Part shown: positions 1-11,960 of the stretch, piece by piece
Layout: each line of letters begins with the position of its first letter
Position numbering within the stretch: the stretch's first letter is position 1
Source: Lama glama
Taxonomy: Eukaryota
Direction: 5' to 3'
Length of the DNA stretch: 64,000 nt
NCBI GenBank assembly: GCA_028534125.1
Contig: CM052816.1
Coordinates: 70,806,001-70,870,000, forward strand
The notes under the pieces: generated by a model
Database searches by the model: none
Told to the model about the DNA's origin: nothing
What the model saw: the letters and a program-made list of their open reading frames with translations, nothing else
Program-made: the position numbers and the translations under genes

Positions 1-2641
1 TACAAAACAATTGACAGTTGTTTGCAAGTTCCCTGAACACTTAAGAATCTTCTTTGTATTCATTTTTCAGGATTCTTGAATAATCATGCATTGTAATTGA
101 CTCTTTTAAGTCAGTCCTGTCCCCTATTTATGTGAACGTTTCTAGATGTTAGCATTACAGTTGCTCATCTGTTTCCCGGATGTAATTGTGTCACTGAAGG
201 CCCCCTTCAGAAAGCTAAGCTAAGCCGTCACGGCCCACCTGGGGGGAGGTAAGAAGGAAGACGATACTACAATGGCCCAAAGTTGCTGAAAGAAGCCAGA
301 ACAGTGGAAGCTCCAGGGCTTTTGCCCAGAGCGTAGCATGTGTTCTGTGTTTAGCCCCACCGCTCATTATTGACCAGACACTCCCTGACTGTGAGCAATT
401 TTTGTTCCTTGAGGCCTGCTGATACCGGCTCTGGTTCCCTCATTGATTTGAACATAATCTGCGTGTTGCATCTTTATTGGATTGCCATGATTCATTTAAG
501 AGGAAATGTTTTTGATCCTTGCTGACTGGCTTTCACGGTGGGATGGGGTGGGTAGGGGGCTGGTGAGCAACCTAGAAAAGAAAATACTTTCAATGTTGCT
601 CTTAGGTTTATGGCTGGAAGGGAGAACAGCTAAAACACATTAGTCCTTTCGCTATTCAGAGGTTTGACTGCTTTAGCTAGGGGCCTGGATTCATGATCCA
701 TTTTCTGTTTCCTGTCCAGTGTCTATTTGATGCAGTATGCTCCGTGTCTCTTTTCATTAACTGAGACCTATATGATGTCAATTGAGAAAAACAGTAGCTG
801 ATGTTATGAAATACTCACAGTGGCATGACAAAGATCTGTTATAAAGGCCTTTTACTTTCTTCCATTGTATATTTTACTATTGTGTTTTATGCCTGCAGCT
901 TGGCTGTATTGAAAGAAAATATTTCAGCTGGGCCCTGCTGGGTTTTTTTTAACTTGCCTTTGAAATGCTAGGTAACAGTGAGCTCCAGCTATGGCAAACT
1001 CCTGACATGAACAGACATTAGCAAATGTGGGACAAGTAACCCCATTGAGGCACATAACAGTCATGCAAACATTCTACTTAAGACCAAACCTGCAAAAGGA
1101 GGCATAATCTTCTCTGAGGGTAAGTGAGGTTTGGATTAACTTTAGTGTCACAGATAAAGCACCCTTGATGACTATAAATTACACCCTGCAACGAGTGTGA
1201 GGTGGCACCATATTAGAGGACTCCCAGCAGATTTGGTTCTGAAGTGAGACATGTGACACCATGCACTTAAGTGGAGGAATATGAAGCTTTGTTGTTAACT
1301 CAAGTTGAAATGTACATGGAGGGCAAAAACTCAGAAAACTAGTACCTTTCCACCTTTCCAGTGCCCCTTAAGACCAGAAAATACTTTCTCCCAAACTCCC
1401 TTGGGCAGTTTAAGATGCAGTTTAGTAATCTGCTGCTGCATCATATTGATGGGAGAGGTGATAGGAAAACCTGGCATTACAGCTGTGATCTCAGTGGTGT
1501 GAAGTGATGCTAGCAAAACAAAAATAGATCCTGCAAATGGTTTGAGGGAAGTTATAGAGCTGAAAATAAGATCCCAGCTTTAATGAGACACGCTAATTGA
1601 TGGAACTCTGATTTGTGTTGCTTTTAATAATTGTATTTTAATTACTGAATTAATTGATAAGTGCTATAAATGGACTGCAAATGTGTTATCCATGTACAGC
1701 CATAGCATGCACTAAAAAAAAAAACTATTAAAAAGAGTTCCACACATTAAATTTATGTTACAAATAGGGAAAGTTCCAAGACTGGGTAATAAGTAACTAC
1801 TTACCAAGGACCAACATTTGACATCACTACTTAAGATCATAAATGCATTTTAAAGCCATGTAATTTAACAATATTAACTTTAACAGCATTTCTTTCTCCT
1901 TAATTTTTAGAAGTCTTTCTAAATGTTAATTTTTTTAAAGGAAAGTCTGGATTTTCTTTAATATTGATGGGACAACAGGCTTCTGACAAATTACAGCCAG
2001 TGTGTACTAACAACTCAGGTTTCATGACGCTCAGCAGCTGCTTCCATATTATACAATTCATTTAAAATCCGTTTAGGGGAGGTCACTTAATCCCCTTAGT
2101 GTTTGATCTGTAGATCACTATGTTTAAATATGTGGGTCTATTATTAGTAAAAACTACACAAAAAATTTAAATATCATTTGAAGGCTTAAAATTTTTGGCA
2201 TCTGTTTCAAGCATGACTTCTTCAGTAAGCAGTAAACTCTACATTATTTGTAAAACTAGTCCATGAATGAAGATTAAAAATCGTTAGTTGTCTCGTTGGT
2301 ATGGAAACTGGCAGTAATCTTCACTGATTGCTGAACTCAGGGAAAGTAGAATCAGAAGGTACTATTATGAAGAAGACACCTCTATAAACTATAAAGGTAA
2401 ATTAGCTGCCAGAAATAACTGTTGTATGTTAGGTTTATTATCCATGTAAAGTATCTTTCTGAACATAAAGCCCATTTTATGGGCAGTGAGGTACTAAAAG
2501 GCTATTTTCCCTTTTTCCAGAAAATGCTTCTGTTAAGATGCGAGTACTATGTGTCTATTTGTATGATTAAAAATAATGCCAGACTGGCAGTTTTTAAAAA
2601 TTGCAGATGCCAATAATTGTCTACTGTATCACTGGTCCAAG

Positions 2642-2778
2642 GGTACAGCATCAGTGTGGCTGCTCTGTTGTGAATACCTTTGAAACTGACTGAGGCTGGC
2701 ATTACGTGGGATACTCTCTTGGGTTCATTGGCAGCAATAGGCTCAACCGTAGAAAACCTTTATTTATGCTCCTTGTCT
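2642..2778 (+). other. Candidate upstream exon (mostly 5'UTR-like) ending at donor TCT|GTGAGT; 5' boundary uncertain
   Basis: GTGAGT donor at 2779-2784 in unique sequence of higher GC than its flanks. ATG at 2766 would splice in frame into the 5664 exon (MLLVSTWTKMRPIVW...). Tandem TATAAA motifs lie upstream at 2383 and 2390. Confidence 0.25.
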
Positions 2779-3322
2779 GTGAGTATGGTGAGAAAAACAA
2801 AACAAAACTGAAATCATCAGAAAATGAACATCTAACCAGTTCATTTAATGTCAGGTACGTCAAAATTTAAACAATCTTTGCAAATAATTTATTTTAATTT
2901 CCTTAATAGGGAAGAAATTAAAGGGACAGATCTACAGATTTTCAGAAATTACATTTCTAAACCTTAGTTATAGAAACATCATTGTTATTATTTAAATGAC
3001 TCTAGTCTTTATTTATGACATGTGTTTATGTCACGAACATGATTTCTGGACACTAGAATCTTTTATTTGAAAAAGGCACTTTTACTTTAAGGCTTTTCAG
3101 AGTTTTGTGGTAGAAAATTCTACATGGGCAACTAATAAAACCCGTGAGTCTTGGGTAGGGTTCATTAACTACGTTCTGGTTGTCCAGTGGTGGCCTCTTT
3201 GTTGTCCATGAATCCCTGAAACCACATGTAAAGGTTTTTGCATGTGTACCTTTGCTAGAAAGAAGGTGTACATATTTCAGCAATTCCTCAAGACTTCTGT
3301 AACAGGCAAGTGAAACACACAG

Positions 3323-3900
3323 CAGCAGTTTTAAAAGACAGGTTCATGAAAACCTAGGAATCCTTAAGACCCTCCTAGGGAGTCCAAAGTTCAAAACTAT
3401 TTATATAACAATACTAAGACATTATTTGCCTTTCACTGTGGCATGGTGCAGAATTAATAGTGGCTAAAACTGATGGCCCTTTAGCACAAAATCAAACCAC
3501 TTACCATGAAACTATACTATTGTCAGTGTATTTTTCACTGCCATGCTCTCAGTTTTTTTAAAAGCCATTTAACTTACAAATGATGAAGTATAAAAGTTGA
3601 TTTTATTGATTCTTGACCATTAAGTATATGGCTTTTTAATATTCTGCATGACAATATGAGAAGTATGCACAAAGTATTTGTGGTGATATAGAAGTATGAT
3701 GGCTGTCTCACAGAAAAACATTTGTGGAGTTATTTGAGAAAGGAGTTTAACTAGGTGTCCTTATTCCCCCAAACACCATTTTTACTCTAAAGAATGGATG
3801 ACAAACATATGGTTATTCAGATTTGGGTGTTTGAGACATACTTTCTGAAAAGTGAGTGAGCCAGTCAAAGGAAAACAACTGGCAGTCTACACAGCCAGTG
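3323..3900 (+). mobile_element. hAT-Charlie DNA transposon (Charlie1a-like), 5' portion
   Basis: Matches recalled Charlie1 consensus (caaaactatt..ataatactaagac.ttatttgccttt..cactg, ttagcac..aatcaa) and starts with a degenerate CAGC.GTT terminal inverted repeat. Confidence 0.8.
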
Positions 3901-3904
3901 ATAA

Positions 3905-4855
3905 AATCTGAGTATATGAATAGACGCTCAGCATCATGTGTTGTTAGGGAATTGCAAATTAAAACAATGAGATACCACTCAACAACTATTAGAATGGGGA
4001 GAATCCAAAATACTGACAGCACGAAATGCTCCGGAGGTTGGAGAGCAATAGGAACGTCTCATTCATAGCTGTGGAAATGCAAAATGGTGCAGCCAATTTG
4101 GAAGACAGTTTAGCAGATTTTTACAGAACTAAACATACTTTTACCATATGATCCAGCTGTCATGCTTTTTAGTACTTACCCAAAGAAGTTGAAAACTTAT
4201 ATCCACACAAAAACCTGCACGTGGATGTTTATATAAGCTTTATTTAGTTGCCAAAATATGAAAGCAACCAAGGTCCTTCAGTAAGGGGAATGGATAAGCT
4301 GTGGTACATCTAGGTGATGGAATATTATTCATCACTAAAAAGAAATGAGCTATCAAGCCACAAAAAGACACGGAGGAACCTTAAATTCATATTATTAAGT
4401 GAAAGAAGCCAATTTGAAAAGCCTATATACTATATGATTCCAACCTTTGTGATATTCTGGAAAAGATAAAACTATGGAGACAGTAAAAAGATCAGTATTT
4501 GTCAGGGGTTGGAGGGAGGGAAGGATAAATAAGTGAAACAGAATTTTTAGGACAGAAAAACTATTCTGTATAATATGATAATAATAGATATGTGTCAATA
4601 TACATTTATCAAAATCCATTCAATGTACATCACCAAGAATGAACTCTAATGTAAACAATGGATTTTGGATAATAATGACATATGTCAATGTAGTTTCAGC
4701 AATTGTAACAAATGTACCATTCTGGTGCAGGATGTTGATGATGGGGGAAGGAATGCACGTATGGGAACAGGAGGTCTACGGGGATCTCTCTACATTCTGC
4801 TCAGTAGTGCTGTGAACCTGAAACTGTCCTAAAAAATAAAACCTATTAAAAACCA
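3905..4855 (+). mobile_element. L1 (L1MC-like) ORF2 C-terminus and 3'UTR inserted into the Charlie element
   Basis: Encodes degenerate RELQIKTMRYH (L1 ORF2 C-terminal region). Carries typical 3'UTR motifs (aagaagccaatttgaaaagcctatatactatatgattcc; gctgtgaacctgaaactgtcctaaaaaataaa) and ends A-rich. Confidence 0.85.
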
Positions 4856-4879
4856 CTTATGGGTAAAAAAATTTATGAA

Positions 4880-5480
4880 AAATGCCATACATAATAAAAA
4901 AATCCCATACAATAGATAGAATAAAGAATTTTCATGAATTGGGGTACAAAAAGTTCATTGATATGGTTGTAGATTTCACATTGCAACTGAGCTTTAGGAA
5001 ACTACCACTTAGTGAGTTTTGCTGTAGTATCAATAAAGAATACCCACGATTAAATGAAAACCTTATTAAAATATTCTTCCCTTTTCAACTATAGTTCTGT
5101 GTGAGGTCTGATTTTCTTTAGTTTCTTCAGTGGAAATAACATTGCAACAGATGAAATATAAGTGATGATTAAAGATTCTAGCTATTTCATTGAAGATACA
5201 TGTTAAATTTGGAAAAAAAGTAAAACAATGTCATTTCTTTCCATTAACTTTTTTCATAAAAGTGTACTTATTTTTCTTAAAACTAATTTTTTACATGTAA
5301 AATATTTGTTAATGTCACTTAAAAATAAATTAATGCATACTTTTTTTAGATGTCTCAGTTTTCATTTTTAATGTGCTAAATGTCAATTGGTAAAACCTAG
5401 AGAAACCAAAACTCTTTAAAGTCCTCAGTAATTACTAAGAATATAAAAGTGTCCTGAAACCAAAACACTTGGGAACCCTG
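4880..5480 (+). mobile_element. hAT-Charlie DNA transposon (Charlie1a-like), 3' portion
   Basis: The degenerate peptide KFIDMVVDFTLQLSFRKLPLSEFCCSINKEYPRL resembles a hAT dimerisation region. Ends with a TIR-like gtcctgaaaccaaaacacttgggaaccctg. Confidence 0.8.
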
Positions 5481-5663
5481 AACTCTAGTAGAGTTATGCC
5501 TCTTCTGTTAATCAAAGTCTATATTTTAATCATTGGATTTCATATATTTAGATCCCTGGTTCCTCATTCTCTTCAGTGACTTGGGCTTCTAGAAATTTAC
5601 AGTTGGTATGAGTTTATCTAATTTAGTTATACTCACTAATATTTTATGCATTTGTTTCCCAAG

Positions 5664-5756
5664 CTACCTGGACCAAGATGCGCCCAATTGTATGGCTGTT
5701 TATTCTGCTAACTTGTTTTACCAAGAAGATACGTGGATCCGTTTTCAAATCCAAAG
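5664..5756 (+). CDS. Candidate 93-nt exon of an unidentified gene; likely signal-peptide-encoding (ATG at 5678: MRPIVWLFILLTCFTKKIRGSVFKSK, phase-1 end)
   Basis: Branch-like CTAAT at 5636-5640, pyrimidine-rich acceptor tttgtttcccaag|, donor CAAAG|GTTAGT. Length is divisible by 3, two of three frames are open, and three CpGs sit in an otherwise CpG-poor flank. The ATG has A at -3. The alternative open frame reads YLDQDAPNCMAVYSANLFYQEDTWIRFQIQ. Confidence 0.5.
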
Positions 5757-7537
5757 GTTAGTGCTTTTGGAAAAGTAAATCTCATTTTTATTCCTCCAGG
5801 AGGATAATGTACCTTCTACTTAGTGTATAGGATCTCTATGCATATTATGAAGATAAATAAGCATTAATGTAAATTCAATTGACTAGTTTATATCATGGAG
5901 CAAAATATATAAGGAGACAAAATTCTACAGTTTATACAAAATGAACACAAAATCCAAACAAGTGACTACAGTATCAGTCAACAGTCAGTATTAATATGTA
6001 TGTTTTGGCCAAAAGTAAGGACTACTTTCAGACAAAATACATCATGCATTCTACAAAACCATAACAAGAGATGTACATTCTTCTAGCCACCTTGATTTAA
6101 TTTAATTACTTCATATTTAAAGGGAAAATGATTCTAATGTGAAAACTACCCATGTAAGATTTCCAGTAGTTCTCTCATCATTGTTAATGCACCGCAAATG
6201 CACCGAAGGCCCAGATGAAAGTCTGAGTTCTTTTCTCAGAGACCCTAAATATCTAGGTTTTTTTTTTTTTAAGATTATGACATCACATGTTCTGTGCCTG
6301 TTAGGTCAGATTCTTAATGAAACCAACTTTCAGTTCAAAAGCATTGAACATTATCTATTTGTCAATCAAATCACCCCATGTGGTCATTTAAGGTTAGTGT
6401 ATTTTTCCTGTTTCATGCCTTTTCTGGTTTCATTTTTAGCTTGGAGGAAAAGCTACTCCAGCGTATTATTATTTTTTTGTGTGTGTGAGCTTTCCTATCA
6501 ACATATTCTGAAATAAATTACTGGTGAATACTCATTAAAACATAATAACTGTAAGTGATAGAGGGACCTAAAGTTTCTCCTAGGCTGACACCCATATTCT
6601 GCAGGTAAGGAACCGGATGCCACATGACTTATCCAGCACTACAGAAATAATGAATAAGCATGGAAGGAATCTAGCCTGAAATCTGTTTACCATTTTTATT
6701 AGAGACAGTGATTATTACATTAGTTGTGGAAAATATTCAACATTTATTAATAAGCATTATTGGTAAAGACAAATTTTAGTTTTAGTCAATAAACAAGTCA
6801 CAGACATAGGCCGAGAGTTTAGAGTGTCATGAAGCATACAAGCTTATCAAACTGTAGGGGAGTCACAGCACAGGGCTTGTCTTCAAATGCAGACAGATAA
6901 GGCATACTGGGCACTGCACGTGATGAATTGAAACTGCTTGGCAATCGTCAGAAGCATTTTAAGTAAGACTTCGAGCAGGAATGCTGCTTCACACTAAAAC
7001 ATCTTTAAACACAACAGGCCTCAGTTCCATAGCGTATTAGAAGGTGCATCCTCCAGACCAGAAGCAGCGCGTAGGAGCAGAGATGCCAAGAGAGAGCACG
7101 TTGCACTGTGATACAGCACTGCCGAGGCGGACCACCATCTGAACATAGTGGAAGGTGGCAGCATCCTCCTAAGAAGGCAAGCCGTAGTGCCCAGGAGCTG
7201 TACTGGAGTCAAGTGCATGAGCAATCACTAAAATGTGAAAATAAGACCTCTCAAGTCAGATGTGAGCATCCTTATGCAGCCAGACCTCCTGGGATGGCAG
7301 TAGCATTGGAGCCACAGAAGGGGATTCTAGAGGGACCACTCTAGAGACCACTACCTGGGCCATGTTTGTTAAGGGTTTCATCACCAGTTCCTTAATGAGG
7401 AGGAGACAGATAACAAGAAACCCCTGTGTATTTTCATATTCGCTGTCCATAAATCTGATATCAAAGTATATAATTATCATTATAAAGGTGGTCTTAGATA
7501 TTATCAGCTGATCCTTCTGTTGTGAAAACTCTTCTAA

Positions 7538-7709
7538 GGGGAGGATATAGCTCAGTGGTACAGTGTGTGCTTAGCAAGCAAGAGGTCCTGGGTTCAATCT
7601 GCAGTACCTCCATTAAAAGATAATAAACAAACAAACAAACCCAATTACCTCCCTCCTCAAAATCTAAAATAAATAAATTAAAAGAATTTTTAAAAAGAAT
7701 TTAAAAAAA
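7538..7709 (+). mobile_element. tRNA-derived SINE, camelid Vic-1-like
   Basis: GGGGAGGATATAGCTCAGTGGTA (A box), GGTCCTGGGTTCAATC (B box), then cagtacctcc and an A-rich tail. Imperfect target-site duplication aaaactcttcta / aaaattcttcca. Confidence 0.85.
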
Positions 7710-8871
7710 TTCTTCCAGTCTTTGAGGTAGATATATGGGTATTTGATTGGGTCAGTGGATTTGTCTGACTATTTGAATTAGGATTCTGCTACTCAAAATG
7801 GCAAGGATGGATACCTCCTAGACCTGCCATTCTGAGCCATTGGTCCAAGCCCTCTTTACATGGGCCCCTCCCTAGAGAATGTAATTTGTTCAGTGTTACC
7901 TCTATGAAGCTCTGTGTTAATTAGCTCAGGGTTCATTGTTTTGATAATTTTATGCTTCAGCAGAGTATCATGTATTGCAAGCATGCAGAAAACTGCTTTT
8001 CAGTTTGCAAAAAAAAAAAAAAACCTCAATGGAATCTTAGCAGAAGCTGTTTGTAATAGTCCAAGAAGAACTTCCTTTTACATAACAAAGCATTATTTCC
8101 AAGATTTAATTTTGTCATTGCTTTTTCGTTTTCTGTAAAGACTGCTTGATATGAAAGGTCAAGGTATCAGCAAAACATAGACAGATTTTTGCTGAATGAC
8201 ATAAACCTGTCAGAATGCTGAGCTTTGATGTTCCATTAAGTGATCGATGTAGATTACTGACTTTTGGCTAAATGCTACTCAACCAGATAAGGTCAATACC
8301 TGTTAGTTCATTGGTGGAATAATTAATCAATCAATACAGGATGCTGGAAGTCAGGGAGAATTATTGCCAGGCTTGTATCTCCGGCTTTGGTCACAGAAAT
8401 TATTTAAAAACATCCTTGCAGCATTAACCCCCTCTGTGCAGGGTTTATTGTAACATTATGTATCCAGGGAAAAGGAAGAAAAAAAATTCCAGGGAGCAGT
8501 ACTTCTTGTAACCTTGAGCTCCCCAGAAGGAAAAGCCTCTAACAAGCTGAGTGCACCATCATTAGTTCTTCCTTTCACATCATCGCACTCTGCTTGTAAA
8601 ATAATTACATGCAATTTTTCTATTTTACAGTTGGACCACATGACTCCCTGTTCTTTTAGCACAGTGACTCACCCCTCCCCCAGACTGCCTGGTTGAAGGC
8701 TGGAACTGCTCACCTTTAAACATCTCAGCCAGAGGCTTTTATGGTGGCTGGTTACAGTATTTCCTAAGAGTGAAAAAAATAATCCATCTGCTTCATAGAA
8801 AAATTCTGTCTCCTTACTATTTCCTGCTTCTAATGCAACCAAAAATTTCCTTCTTAGAAATGCGCTAGGCA

Positions 8872-8897
8872 AGGGTTAAGGTTAGAGTTAGGGTTAG
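8872..8897 (+). repeat. Degenerate interstitial telomeric-type hexamer array
   Basis: AGGGTT AAGGTT AGAGTT AGGGTT AG read directly from the sequence. Confidence 0.7.
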
Positions 8898-10029
8898 TTA
8901 TATGTTGCAATTTCCTTGAACATGTTAAGTTTGGGACAATTCATAATACTTCTTGCTAGAGGATAATTACTGGCTGGTTCTAATTATTTGCTGGGTCTTA
9001 TTCTGTGAAATTAAAGCATCTTGTATAATTTACAAGCTACTGTTAATTTTTTACAGGACTAAATGTTAATGCTTTTATTCATTTCAAGTTATTACTATTG
9101 TGTGCTGTGATCCAGGAATACTGATGATCGTCGCCCACAAGGAATTGAGACATTTAACCAACATTGGCTTATTGTGGATTCCATGTCATTTCTCCATCTC
9201 TTATTTCATTTAATCTTTCTACATCCCTGTGAAGTAGGCTAAAGAAAGATTATTATTGCAATGTGTCAGTTAGGAGAAACTAAATCATGTAAGGCTTATA
9301 TATAAAACCAACACGCTTAAAATGATATAATATGACTGTCTCTGCCAGCCATAAGGTCCCTTTGTGTGAAGTCACTTTTGTTCATGTAAAAACACAAGAA
9401 GTAGAGAAAAATTAAAAAAGAAAAAATAAGATATTATTACCCGTCCTCAACAACCATACTCAGCTGAGCTTTGAACATCTATGCCTGCACTCTGTCAGTG
9501 TCCACACACTCCAGCTCACCCACATCAGTAGCAGTCACAGCACAACCAAAGGGCCTCCCCTAAACGAGCTGACAGTGTCAGCTTTAGAGTTGAGGTAGGA
9601 GTGGGGATTGAGCTTCTCAGAGCCACCAGTAGGCTAGTGAGAGAAGTGACCTCAGGGACATGCCCAGCCCATGGCTGGGGCAAGGCACTGGCATGCACGT
9701 GGGTGTGCTAGGAAACAGGCGTGCATGCTCTTCTCGAGAGAGTTGAGGTGGGATTTTATAGGAGCAGGATCACCCCCATGGAGCTGGACTCCTCAGGAAG
9801 GCCTGGAGTTCCCATCTCCAGGACTGCCCGCCTGCTTTCTGATGAGCTAGCCTCTGGCTGTTACATGAGTTGTGAGCCGCGAGGTGGGCGTTCCACTGCC
9901 GTGCTTAATCTGAACACCTGTGCTTTAGGTTCAGTTGCCCTGGAGGCTGATCTTTAATCTTTGCTAATCCTGTCGCTCCAAGCTGGGGTCTACAGTGTTT
10001 TCTTCCTTGGGGTGTTTTCTGTGTCCAAT

Positions 10030-10437
10030 CCATACTGCAGATGTGACACCACGATTTCTGAGCCCTAAGAGAATGGCGGTTTCCACTAGCCACTTTATGG
10101 AGTGCTCTGTGTGCGAGCTCCACAGTGTCAGATAAGAAGCCTGAGTTCTGGAGGGGCCCAAAGTAGCTCTTTGGGTTGATGTCCCAGCTGAGTCCAGCCT
10201 TCTGGCCATTTTTGCCAAGTCATCTAGCGTGGAGTGGAACAGTCCTGTACCCCGCGGAGCAGGCAGTCCACCAGCTGACTATACTACCTACTGGCCTCAG
10301 TCAATGCCATGCAGAAGAATCACCCAGTGGAGTCTGCTTGATTTCTTGATTTACAAAATTGTGAGCAAATTAAAATGGCTGTCATTTGAAGGCACTGTGT
10401 CTTAGGTTAATTGTTACACAGTGATCGGTAACTCAAA
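10030..10437 (+). mobile_element. ERVL-MaLR solo LTR (MLT1G/H-like)
   Basis: cccagctgagtccagcc; agaagaatcacccag; aaaattgtgagcaaattaaaatggctg..ttgttacacag..gtaact is the typical MLT1 3' end. Confidence 0.75.
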
Positions 10438-11024
10438 AAGTTGGTGATGAAAGGAAGTACCACAGAGGACTGGGGATGGGAGACAGGAGAAGAAGTCAAT
10501 GTATAGACTCCATTCTGGGCAGGTTCTGTGGGTAACTCAGCCCGCATCCCTGGGACCTCTGGAGGCCGGGTGGAATGTAGCTCAGGGCCGAAGACTGTTG
10601 CTGGGCTATGACGCAGCCTTCCAGCCTGTTGATTGCAGGCCTCATGTGCTCCTGAGCCCAGAGAAAGCCTTCAGACAAGGGTCCAGTGTGTGTAGTAAGA
10701 AGCTGAGGGTACGCTGAGCACCAAGGGGACAGGTGGGACTGGCAGAGTCTGCTATGACACTCGGGGTCTTCAAAAGAAGTTTTAGGGAAAGGGTACCCCT
10801 ATTGCTTCTTGAGCCTGGTTTTCCTGCCAGGCATATAAGGGTTTGCAGGCATGTGTGTTCGCTCTTATTCTTCACTCCCAGGGGCTTGATCACTCAAGGC
10901 CCAACTCAGATAACATCTATCCTGGATGCCTTCTCTAATGCCCTCTAAGCACGATTAGTGCTTCCTGCATCTGTCCGATCTGTGATGTTCTAAAATCCAT
11001 GTCTAGAGCACTGAGTGTCTTAGC

Positions 11025-11492
11025 TGGATACCTAAGAGTGGCAGTGTTGAGTTGTATGATACATTTTTATTTAACTTTGTAAGCAACTGTCAAACTATTT
11101 TGCACAGTGTCTGTATCATTTTACATTCCCACAAGCAAGGCAGATGGGTTCCAGTTTCTTTGTATCCTTGATATTTGCTATTGTTTGTCTTTTCAGGATA
11201 ACCATCCTAGTGGGTGTGAAGTGGTCTCTCATTGTGGTTTAAATATGCACATGACTCATGTTGTTGAATGTGATTTTGATGTTCTTATTAGGCGTTCTTT
11301 GGTAAAATGGCTGTTTATATATATCTTGCTCATTTTTTGAGTTATTAATCTTGAGTTTGTCTTATAATAAAGTTACAAGGGTTATCTGCATATTCCAAGT
11401 ACAAATTATTCATCAGATATATAATTTGAAATATTTTCTTTATCTGTGGATTATCTTTTTATTTTCTTTGTGGTGTCTTTTGAAGCACTAAA
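11025..11492 (-). mobile_element. Old L1 ORF2 3' fragment (L1M-type)
   Basis: Antisense L1 motifs gatacctaagagtgg, cattttacattcccac, ccatcctagtgggtgtgaagtggtctctcattgtggttt. Confidence 0.8.
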
Positions 11493-11618
11493 TTTATTTT
11501 CTTGTTCTTTCTCTTCTTCTCCTTCTCCTTCTTATTATTATATGAAGGTACTGGGGATGGAACCCCAGGACCTTATGTATGCTAAGCATGTACTTTACCA
11601 CAGAGCTTTACCCTGCCC
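11493..11618 (-). mobile_element. tRNA-derived SINE (Vic-1-like) inserted in L1, with a perfect 13-bp target-site duplication
   Basis: gaaggtactggggatggaaccccaggacc..gctaagcatgtactttaccacagagct is the reverse of a Vic-1-like head. TTGAAGCACTAAA is duplicated at 11480-11492 and 11619-11631. Confidence 0.85.
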
Positions 11619-11769
11619 TTGAAGCACTAAAATTTAATCACATTGTTAAAAAAAATAGTTTTGTAAGTCAATCTTTCCTACTAATATTTTTGAGGGCAAA
11701 AGCTGGGTGCACGTATTGCTATGTCTGCCTACTCGCACAGTCCTCATGAAGAATAATTGGGAACCCTCT

Positions 11770-11960
11770 TGGGTTAAGCACCATTCCAAGCTCTTTAAAT
11801 GAATTAATCCCTTTAAGCCCTTACAGGAGTTCTGTGATGTAGGTACTATTAAAACTGAAGTTCAATGCGACTCCCAAGGTTGCACTGAGAAAGTAGGAGG
11901 GCTGGGATTCTGACCCTGGACCCAGGCCCTTGATGCCCACGCTGCTCTGCTCTTAATCAG
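11770..11960 (-). mobile_element. MIR SINE fragment
   Basis: gtaggtactatt..aaactga..cccaaggttgcac..ctgggattctgaccc matches the MIR core. Confidence 0.65.

Noticed and set aside
7538..7612. tRNA-like sequence
   Set aside because: It is a SINE head with an A-rich tail and target-site duplication, and it lacks an intact cloverleaf.
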